This document shows positions 57,203 through 64,000 of a stretch of 64,000 nucleotides of DNA, piece by piece; within the stretch, counting starts at the first letter, position 1; the number at the start of each line of letters is the position of its first letter. Both the position numbers and the translations under genes were made by a program. The DNA is taken from positions 1 through 64,000 of IMG/VR virus record IMGVR_UViG_3300011908_000001; one strand, written 5' to 3'. The notes below the pieces were generated by a model. That model was not told the origin of the DNA and searched no databases. It saw only the letters and a program-made list of their open reading frames with translations. Origin of the DNA: a virus. Its lineage: Duplodnaviria > Caudoviricetes.

Positions 57203-57952
57203 ATGGCGATGAAGTTTGATACAGAAATGGAACGAGAGCTTGTACGCCTGATGACTGACTATCATGACGACTTGGGCGGACTAACACTCCGCCTTAAAGT
57301 TGAATTGAATAACTTGTTGTCAGACTACATACTAGAGGTGGCAGACTTGAGAGAAAATGACATCGCAGGATTGAATGTCCTCACTGAACAACTGTATGGA
57401 GACATCTCTGTGGTTTTAGCACCTCTCCTTAATGAGTACCTAAACATGGCAGAAAAAGCTCACAGAGAGGCTGTAAAAGCTATTGTTGGACAAAATTACA
57501 GCGTAGAGGAATTGCTTAGTGTAGGGATGACAGATTCAAAAGGAAGCATTGAGCAAGCAAAGCAAACTACTTATAATATCATTGCAGCTCTTACTTCTGA
57601 GATTTCCTCCATAGTGGCTAGAGGACTTACAAATAAAGACGGATTGACTGCCAAAGACATCAGAGATTTAGCTGATAAAAAAGACAGTCTACTTTATCAA
57701 GTACGTAGACACTTTGAGGCTTTCCTAAGCTTAATGATTAACGAAGCGGTGCTCCAAGCTTCCCCTTTAATAGGAGCCACAATGTGGTACTGGCAAACTC
57801 ACCCTGAACTTACTCGTAGCGGAACGTGCCCGACTTGTAAGATGCACGCTCAAGGTGGTGCCAACGGCGATGGGATGTATACCTCCATTGACCTTCCTAT
57901 GATACCCGTTCATCCACACTGCGTATGTGTACTTATACCAGTAAATCTTTAA
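57203..57952 (+). CDS. Minor head protein (SPP1 gp7/MuF-like)
   Basis: TCPTC...PVHPHCVC C-terminal motif. Confidence 0.8.
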   Translation: MAMKFDTEMERELVRLMTDYHDDLGGLTLRLKVELNNLLSDYILEVADLRENDIAGLNVLTEQLYGDISVVLAPLLNEYLNMAEKAHREAVKAIVGQNYSVEELLSVGMTDSKGSIEQAKQTTYNIIAALTSEISSIVARGLTNKDGLTAKDIRDLADKKDSLLYQVRRHFEAFLSLMINEAVLQASPLIGATMWYWQTHPELTRSGTCPTCKMHAQGGANGDGMYTSIDLPMIPVHPHCVCVLIPVNL

Positions 57953-58047
57953 GAGTTTAAGGCAAGGACACTCTAAGGACTTCCAAAAATAAACCAAGCA
58001 CGCACAGGGCTTAATTGAACTGTGGAGGGCGAAGGAGATAATTTCAA

Positions 58048-58689
58048 ATGACAGATCAATTAAACAACTTAGGTATTGAAGATATTTTAGGAATCGTCGA
58101 GGCAAACGAAGATATTGCCAATCAATTACAAGCTAAATTCGTGAATACTAAAACGGTAGAAACTTTCTTACATACTCCCGAAGGTGAAAAAGTCGTAGCA
58201 CCGATTAAAGATGCTTATGCTTCGAAAGCCATCGAGGGATGGAAGAACAAAAACCTTGACCGAATCATTCAAGAAAAAGTGCAAGAGTTGAACCCACCTG
58301 AAAGTAAAGAGCAACGTGAACTTCAAGCTATGCAACAACGTCTTGCAGCTATTGAAAAAGATAAACAAGCTCTTGAACAACAACAGGTGGCGGCAGAAGA
58401 ATTATCAAAATTAGGTTTGCCGTCTAACTTCGCTTCTTATATTGTTGGAGACTCCACGGAAGTTACTAAGCATAAAGCTAAGAGTCTGGAAGTTGAGATT
58501 TCTAACTTCGTCAAACAAACAACAGATACAGCTTTACAACAATATGGTGCTCAAACAGCTCCAGTAAACGTGGATAGTGCAACTACTCAAAACTATAGCA
58601 ATCAAGACCCTTATGAAATGGGTGTAGAAGAAGCTATTCGTTTACAAAACGAAAACCCTGTATTATACGCTAAACTATTTGGTGAATAA
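58048..58689 (+). CDS. Capsid scaffolding protein
   Basis: Coiled-coil, LSKLGLP motif; position immediately before the major capsid gene. Confidence 0.8.
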   Translation: MTDQLNNLGIEDILGIVEANEDIANQLQAKFVNTKTVETFLHTPEGEKVVAPIKDAYASKAIEGWKNKNLDRIIQEKVQELNPPESKEQRELQAMQQRLAAIEKDKQALEQQQVAAEELSKLGLPSNFASYIVGDSTEVTKHKAKSLEVEISNFVKQTTDTALQQYGAQTAPVNVDSATTQNYSNQDPYEMGVEEAIRLQNENPVLYAKLFGE

Positions 58690-58728
58690 ACAGTAAATTA
58701 AAACATAACTTAAAGGAGTTCACACATT

Positions 58729-59571
58729 ATGGCAAACGGATTCGCACCTAAAACAGGTTTAAAAGGCTCTCAATCAACTGCTACAATTGATCAATTAATC
58801 AACCCTCAGGTAATTGGAAACTTTTTAAACAAGAAATTAGTAAACAAAATCGTATTAGCACCTTTCGCAACGATTGACAATACATTGATGAACAGCGCCG
58901 GAGATACTTTAAGCATTCCACAATGGAACTACATCGGCGAAGCACAGGACGTAGCTGAATATGGAGAAATCCCAATTAAAGAATTGAAAGCTACTATGAC
59001 TTCTGTAACAGTTAAGAAAGTTGTACAAGCTGTAACATTATCTGATGAAGCTATCTTATCAGCTCACATTCGTCCAGTTGACGAAGCTACAAACCAAATC
59101 GCAACATCTATCGCACAAAAAGTTGACAACGACTTCTTAGCTGCTGTTAAAGCATTGCCTGCAACAGAAGTTACTGACTTAGGCGTTAAAGGTTCATACG
59201 CTTGGGTATTAGAAGGACAAGCTGCTTTCGGAGAAGACTTAGATGAAGCTACTGCTTTAATCGTATCTCCTAAAATGCGTGCTAACATCTTACAAGCTCC
59301 TGACTTTGTATATGTTGGACAAGGTGACAAGATTGTTTCAGGACAAATCGGAACTATCTTCGGTGTGGCTGTAATCGTATCTAGCAAATTGGGTGACGAA
59401 GAAGCTATCTTAATCCGTGAAGGCGCCTTGAGCTTATTGCTTAAACGTGGTTTCAACGTAGAACCTATCCGTGAAGGTAAGATTCGTGCAACAACTATCT
59501 CAGCTGACCAACACTATGCAGCTTATGTACGAGATGCTACAAAAGTTGTTTACATGACAAAAAAAGCGTAG
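58729..59571 (+). CDS. Major capsid protein
   Basis: GDTLSIPQW.YIGEA.DVAE, KKV, ITDEA-like LSDEAIL, GQIGTIFGV. Confidence 0.93.
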   Translation: MANGFAPKTGLKGSQSTATIDQLINPQVIGNFLNKKLVNKIVLAPFATIDNTLMNSAGDTLSIPQWNYIGEAQDVAEYGEIPIKELKATMTSVTVKKVVQAVTLSDEAILSAHIRPVDEATNQIATSIAQKVDNDFLAAVKALPATEVTDLGVKGSYAWVLEGQAAFGEDLDEATALIVSPKMRANILQAPDFVYVGQGDKIVSGQIGTIFGVAVIVSSKLGDEEAILIREGALSLLLKRGFNVEPIREGKIRATTISADQHYAAYVRDATKVVYMTKKA

Positions 59572-59584
59572 CCCCATCAGGGGT
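59559..59584 (+). promoter_or_regulatory. Putative -1 programmed frameshift site
   Basis: A AAA AAA (59559-65) at the end of the capsid gene, followed after 5 nt by hairpin GCCCC-ATCA-GGGGT; the -1 frame opens into the Ig domain. Confidence 0.8.
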
Positions 59585-59834
59585 TACGTTGAATAAATCA
59601 GCGTTAACTCTTGTAGAAGGGGCGAGCGAAACACTCTCTGCAACGGTAGTCCCTGAGGATGCCGAAGATAAGACAGTGACATTCACTTCTGATAAACCAG
59701 AAATCGCCACTGTAACACCTAAGCAAGGCACAGTTAAAGCTGTGAAAGCTGGTAGTGCTACAATCACTGCTACTACTGTTAATGGAGTAACAGCTAAGGC
59801 TACCGTTACAGTAACTGAACCACTGGCACCCTAG
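59565..59834 (+). CDS. Ig-like (Big_2) C-terminal extension of the capsid protein, -1 frame
   Basis: SVAPSGVTLNKSALTL.EG.SETLSATV.PEDAEDKTVTFTSDKPEIATV; no RBS before TTG 59589. Confidence 0.85.
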   Translation, partial: SVAPSGVTLNKSALTLVEGASETLSATVVPEDAEDKTVTFTSDKPEIATVTPKQGTVKAVKAGSATITATTVNGVTAKATVTVTEPLAP

Positions 59835-59908
59835 CGAGCCCACTGACGTTGAAGTAACTAACGTTAGCTTTGACAGGGTGACAATAAAAAGTAAATAAAC
59901 TCTCTAAG

Positions 59909-59940
59909 GAGCCTGCCCTCTAAGTGGGTGGGCTCTTTTT
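59909..59940 (+). terminator. Terminator after the capsid unit
   Basis: GAGCCTGCCC-TCTAAGT-GGGTGGGCTC-TTTTT. Confidence 0.85.
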
Positions 59941-59955
59941 GACAGGAGGTATTAC

Positions 59956-60342
59956 ATGGACTTTCCAGTAGATGAAACGCCTCTTCCAGAAAAATACGAA
60001 GATGTTAACATAGATGAATTAAAGATTATCCAAGGATATGGGTCAATCAGCCTTAGGGACAACTTGTTAAAGCTTTTAAAAGGCAGAGCTATGCAACATA
60101 TTTGTATGTACATCAAAAGACCTTTCTCAGTTGCTTCGTTCCCACCCCCTCTTGAATATATTGCTGATGAGTTAGCTGCTAGTCGCTTAAGCTTAATTAA
60201 CTCAGAGGGTATAAAGACAGAGGTTACCGACATCTCTCGTTTTGACTATCAGGACGACATCTATCGAAACTGGTACTCAGTTTTAGACGAGTGGATGGCA
60301 CAAGAAAATGGTGGCAGCAATAAGAGATTCTTCATGATGTAG
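59956..60342 (+). CDS. Head-tail connector (adaptor)
   Basis: Position after capsid; GIKTEV..ISRFDY..D.Y...LDEW pattern. Confidence 0.7.
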   Translation: MDFPVDETPLPEKYEDVNIDELKIIQGYGSISLRDNLLKLLKGRAMQHICMYIKRPFSVASFPPPLEYIADELAASRLSLINSEGIKTEVTDISRFDYQDDIYRNWYSVLDEWMAQENGGSNKRFFMM

Positions 60343-60354
60343 GAGGTGCACTAA

Positions 60355-60720
60355 GTGAGAGCAAACGAATTAATAACTCTAGTCCAGTTTAACGACCCTG
60401 AGTACACTGATACTGGAGGGATTTACAACGGTGATGCTACAGTTATTGCACAGGGTATCCCTGCTACGATAACCTCAATGCCTACAGAAGTTAAACTGCT
60501 TATGAACCAAGATGAGCAACTAGAGGACAGGTACCTGATTCAGCATAAGTTCTTCGAACTAAAAGAGGTTCGGGTGGATGCTATTTATAGACATTCAAAT
60601 GATACATGGTACTACATGTTTAAAAACCACACAATGGGTGCAGGTCAGACTTGTTCATATCTAGTAGAATACCGAGATGTGAGACGTACAGAATGGACTG
60701 ATGACCCATGGCTGGGGTAA
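60355..60720 (+). CDS. Head closure / stopper protein
   Basis: Synteny; GTG start with RBS AGGAGG. Confidence 0.6.
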   Translation: MRANELITLVQFNDPEYTDTGGIYNGDATVIAQGIPATITSMPTEVKLLMNQDEQLEDRYLIQHKFFELKEVRVDAIYRHSNDTWYYMFKNHTMGAGQTCSYLVEYRDVRRTEWTDDPWLG

Positions 60721-61085
60721 GTATTCAAATAATCTCCACACCTGATTGGAATGCTAAAGCAAAAAAGATGACAACTGCCCTTAATGCTATAGCAACGGTT
60801 CGTGGAGAGCAGTTGGTGGATGAAGTTAAAAGGAACATCACCGCCAATGATAACATAGATACAGGTACTCTGATAGACAATCTGAGAGGAACTAAATCCG
60901 TCTCTCCTACACAGGTTGAAATGGAAGTTGAATCGGACGTATCAAGCCATCCGGAAGGTCACTCAGGCTATGCTCCAATACTTGAATACGGTTCTATTAG
61001 AACACGTGCTTACAAGAACTTTGAGCCAGCCCTTGAAACTGTTCAAAAGATGGTTATGCAAGACCTCTCAGAAATAGATTTGTAG
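60708..61085 (+). CDS. HK97 gp10-like neck protein
   Basis: DTGTLIDNL..YAPILEYGS..FEPAL. Confidence 0.8.
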   Translation: MAGVSIQIISTPDWNAKAKKMTTALNAIATVRGEQLVDEVKRNITANDNIDTGTLIDNLRGTKSVSPTQVEMEVESDVSSHPEGHSGYAPILEYGSIRTRAYKNFEPALETVQKMVMQDLSEIDL

Positions 61086-61095
61086 GAGGTTTAAG

Positions 61096-61581
61096 ATGGT
61101 CAAGACAGTCACCAATTTAACCCCTAACGCTTTAAACCCTATCGAGAGACCAACTAGAGCTCCATTCCAATTTAGGTCAGCCTCCGTGGCGTTACAAAAA
61201 GCCATCTATCAGATGTGTAAAGCCCAAGGTATTAAAGTGTGGGATGGTACTAACAGAAAACCTGATTATCCTTTCGTAAAGATTGGAGAAGAATTGACAA
61301 GCGGAGCTGAAATCTCTAAAGACCACTCCGTAAGAAATGTCAACTTAACATTGCACATCTGGTCGGACTTCCCTGACACAGCCGAAGTAAAGGCGTTAGG
61401 AGATTTCCTTATAGACCTTATAGTTTATTCACCTTTCCAACTTGAACAAGGGTACTGCTTAGGAAGTCGAAGACTTGACCATGTCAGGTACACTGAGGCT
61501 TCTAATGGAATGGATAAAGGCTCACGAGGCTACCTGTTCCTAGACGTTCAAGTTATAGACGGTTTAAACTCACCAACATAA
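61096..61581 (+). CDS. Tail terminator (completion) protein
   Basis: LQKAIYQ, YPFVKIGE, LTLHIWS. Confidence 0.75.
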   Translation: MVKTVTNLTPNALNPIERPTRAPFQFRSASVALQKAIYQMCKAQGIKVWDGTNRKPDYPFVKIGEELTSGAEISKDHSVRNVNLTLHIWSDFPDTAEVKALGDFLIDLIVYSPFQLEQGYCLGSRRLDHVRYTEASNGMDKGSRGYLFLDVQVIDGLNSPT

Positions 61582-61603
61582 CATTCAAAGGAGATTACAA
61601 ATT

Positions 61604-62302
61604 ATGGCACAAGCAGAATTATGTCAAAGCAATTACGTCCGTGGGGTTGCGGTACTTATTGAAGTTCAAGACCAAGCCACTGGAGAGTTTAGTAAAGTAG
61701 CAGCTCAACGAGGTGGAACATTAAACCGTTCAGCAGATACCTTGGATGCCTCTTCGAAAGAAGACTATGGATGGGCTAATAACGAGGCTGGTATTAAGTC
61801 TTGGTCACTAGACTGTGACGGTTTGTTTGTAGAAAACAACAACGGTTTTGATGCCCTTAACGTAGCTTGGGTAAACGGAGATTGCGTACGAGTTCGAGTT
61901 CGCTTCCCTTCCGGATTAGTCTTCGTAGGTAACGCTATTATCACAGACTTCCCAATTGAGTTCCCTTATGACGATGCTGTGACATACTCATTGACATTTG
62001 AAGGTAAAGGCGCTTTGGTACAAGCTCAAACAACGCCTACAGTATTACCTAAATCAATGGTATTAAAAGCAGACAAAACTTCTATCACAACTTCTACAAA
62101 AGCTCAGTTAAGTGTTGAGTTCACACCTTCTAACACGACTGACAAATCAGTAGTCTACACTTCTCTAAATCCATTAGTAGCAACGGTGAGTGCTGATGGT
62201 TTGGTTACAGGGCTTAAAGCTGGAACAGCCACTATGAATGCCCGTTCTAACGCTAACTCAGCGGTAACGGCGATCTTAGATATCACTGTAACGGCGCCCT
62301 AA
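61604..62302 (+). CDS. Major tail protein (TP901-1-like) with C-terminal Ig-like domain
   Basis: RGGTLNRSADTLDASSKE, GIKSWSLDCDG, DDAVTYSLTFEGKG; Big_2 domain; ends CCC TAA. Confidence 0.9.
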   Translation: MAQAELCQSNYVRGVAVLIEVQDQATGEFSKVAAQRGGTLNRSADTLDASSKEDYGWANNEAGIKSWSLDCDGLFVENNNGFDALNVAWVNGDCVRVRVRFPSGLVFVGNAIITDFPIEFPYDDAVTYSLTFEGKGALVQAQTTPTVLPKSMVLKADKTSITTSTKAQLSVEFTPSNTTDKSVVYTSLNPLVATVSADGLVTGLKAGTATMNARSNANSAVTAILDITVTAP

Positions 62303-62372
62303 TCCTCCCGTAGAAGTGAGATTTTAGAATGTCACTGACACAGGTGTAACGATTACTACCACATGACGATAA

Positions 62373-62405
62373 AGGTGGGTGAGATATTACTCACTCGCCT
62401 TTTTA
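62373..62405 (+). terminator. Terminator after the major tail gene
   Basis: GGTGGGTGAG-ATATTA-CTCACTCGCC-TTTTT. Confidence 0.8.
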
Positions 62406-62452
62406 TTTTGCAAGGAAGAACCTTACCTCGATTGGCAGGTTTTCTCCTATAC

Positions 62453-62481
62453 TTGACAAATAACCTATTGTATGCTATAAT
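62453..62481 (+). promoter_or_regulatory. SigmaA promoter for the chaperone/tape-measure unit
   Basis: TTGACA-17-TATAAT with TG extension. Confidence 0.85.
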
Positions 62482-62525
62482 AGACTACGGATATCTTTTA
62501 ATTTGCATACATAAAGGAGATAAAA

Positions 62526-62963
62526 ATGATTATACAATTTCAAGGTAAAAACAGGAATTTGAAAATGACATACTACTCCATTCACTTGTTAGAGTTGGCT
62601 TTTCAACAACCTTACGCTAACTTCATTTTAGAGCAAACAAACTTCAACCAGTCATTATACTGTTTCTGGGCGATGATTCAGAACGACAAAGATTTCGAAG
62701 GTTTATCAGTTCCCCAGATAGCTGACCTCTTGGACGACTCGTTGGAAAAAGGTGAGTTCACTTTAGAAGAGTATTTCGACAAGGTTAACAAAAGCTACTC
62801 AGATAGCTTGATCGTGCAACAACTATTTAAGAAGACAGGTTCGGACTCTAATCCCAGAGGACGGGGAGAGCGAAACTCCCCTTCTCCAAGTAAGATACTT
62901 CTTGCAATTATGCGGAGACTTCGAGATTTCTCCAACAGAGTTTTGGCGAAGTACTCCGAATGA
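62526..62963 (+). CDS. Tail assembly chaperone (G-like)
   Basis: Between the major tail and tape measure genes; RBS AAAGGAG. Confidence 0.75.
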   Translation: MIIQFQGKNRNLKMTYYSIHLLELAFQQPYANFILEQTNFNQSLYCFWAMIQNDKDFEGLSVPQIADLLDDSLEKGEFTLEEYFDKVNKSYSDSLIVQQLFKKTGSDSNPRGRGERNSPSPSKILLAIMRRLRDFSNRVLAKYSE

Positions 62964-63219
62964 GTTCAACGGTCTGTTAAGAGGTAGTTTAATTCGTCAG
63001 AAAAGAGAGGCTGCTCTTGTGTTACCTCTTTACCAAACTAAGAAGAAGCTTAAAGTTAAAGATATTCTTGGGTGGGAACTTACTGATGAAGATGAAGGCT
63101 TTGGTACAGAGAAAGCTAAGAAAGCTAACGTGATGGATACCTTCGATTCCCTAGAAGAGAAGATTGCGTACAAGCGTGAGGAAATTAACGACCTGTTTGA
63201 TTCCTTTGACGACTTCTAA
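62857..63219 (+). CDS. Tail assembly chaperone C-terminal (T-like) part, in the +1 frame relative to G
   Basis: ISPTEFWRSTPNEF motif; frame open from 62812; no clear RBS. Confidence 0.65.
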   Translation, partial: EDGESETPLLQVRYFLQLCGDFEISPTEFWRSTPNEFNGLLRGSLIRQKREAALVLPLYQTKKKLKVKDILGWELTDEDEGFGTEKAKKANVMDTFDSLEEKIAYKREEINDLFDSFDDF

Positions 63220-63236
63220 AGGAGGATTTATCCTAC

Positions 63237-64000
63237 ATGGCAGATAATGAAATGCGAATAAAGATTGTTGTTGACCAGTCGCAGTACCAGAGTGCGATGA
63301 AGAATATGGGACAGCAACAAGGGAATTTGATAAAGGGGTTCGGGGCTGCTGGTAAAGCTGGCGGACTCTTTGGTAAACAGGTTGCTGGTGGTATGAATGA
63401 AGCCACTGGTGCCACCAATAAAGGAATTAAAGCATGGTCAAGTTTTAACACTGGTTTCGGTACAGTTACCGCCGCTCTAAGTCCATTCACGTTAGCGATG
63501 CAAGCAGGAGGTAAGGCTATCGGCGCTGCTGGTGGCTTTATCAAAAGCTCACTGTCAGACTATGCCACCTTTGAATCGACTCTGAAACAGGTTCAAATCA
63601 TCGCTGGTGGTACAGATGCCGACATGAAGCTTCTTAGCGACACTGCAATCAAGCTTGGTGCCAACACCTCTATTGGTGCCCAAGAGGTAGCCAATGCGGA
63701 AATGGAGTTTGCTAAGTTAGGATTTACGGCTACTGAAACAGCCCAAGCTATGACAGGTATTGTGTACGCTGCTGAGGCTTCTGGTTCATCTATGGAGGTA
63801 ACCTCAGGTATTGTAGCCTCTGCCTTGAACACTTGGAACTTAGGGGCTACAGAAGCTGAACACGTAGCCGACGTACTATCTATGACTTCCAACAAAACAG
63901 CTGCCGATATGACAGACCTAGGGTATACCTTCCAATACGCTGGTGCCTCTGCAAAACTAGGTGGAGCCTCTATGGAACAGTTAGCAGCTTATACGGGTAT
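63237..64000 (+). CDS. Tape measure protein (TP901 family), 3'-truncated by the window
   Basis: RBS AAAGGAGG; YATFESTLKQVQIIAG..MKLLSDTAIKLGANT..AQEVANA...LAKLGF-type pattern. Confidence 0.9.
   Translation, partial: MADNEMRIKIVVDQSQYQSAMKNMGQQQGNLIKGFGAAGKAGGLFGKQVAGGMNEATGATNKGIKAWSSFNTGFGTVTAALSPFTLAMQAGGKAIGAAGGFIKSSLSDYATFESTLKQVQIIAGGTDADMKLLSDTAIKLGANTSIGAQEVANAEMEFAKLGFTATETAQAMTGIVYAAEASGSSMEVTSGIVASALNTWNLGATEAEHVADVLSMTSNKTAADMTDLGYTFQYAGASAKLGGASMEQLAAYTG

Noticed and set aside
125-63895. Short ORF-track entries antisense or out of frame within long genes (e.g. 125-469, 9322-9528, 21783-22058, 56452-56766, 59064-59456, 63233-63544)
   Set aside because: They are shadows of well-supported genes and lack RBS and protein motifs.
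1-64000. CRISPR array
   Set aside because: No regularly spaced 25-45-bp repeats with unique spacers; the repeats found are coding or promoter/RBS copies.
1-64000. Genome-wide amber (TAG) recoding to explain the TAG at 62325
   Set aside because: TAG ends several clear genes (4292, 4843, 5300, 59571) and long genes are uninterrupted in the standard code.

Overview
A 64-kb, circularly permuted slice of a lytic-looking tailed phage (siphovirus-type morphogenesis genes) of a low-GC Gram-positive host, most likely Enterococcus (inferred from the lysin, holin and tail-fibre modules). Gene order: end of a collagen/repeat-rich tail fibre and the lysis cassette (1-6.6 kb); a + strand middle/replication block (SSB, primase, RNA ligase, DnaC-like loader, DnaB-like helicase, family-A DNA polymerase split by a group I intron, exonuclease, RuvC-like resolvase, nucleotide kinases, sigma-like factor; 7-33.4 kb) that also holds a 1.6-kb cluster of tRNA-like and other structured RNAs; an AT-rich putative early block bounded by two non-coding regions (33.4-39.5 kb); a - strand block of small accessory genes with dUTPase and a BppU-SGNH protein (39.5-53.6 kb); and the + strand packaging/head/tail operon running off the window in the tape measure gene. 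No integrase, CRISPR array or reverse transcriptase is visible. Most unusual signals: (1) an HNH endonuclease gene with its own RBS occupying the anticodon arm of an otherwise intact tRNA cloverleaf; (2) a polymerase group I intron whose terminal nucleotide appears to be A rather than G; (3) an apparent nested -1 then +1 frameshift on the major capsid gene, with matching CCC +1 sites in the tail genes; (4) three promoter-to-terminator non-coding units; (5) an 88-aa protein that is 50% acidic (DNA-mimic candidate). All product names come from motif recognition by eye; no database search was run. Some oddities sit in homopolymer runs and could be sequencing errors.
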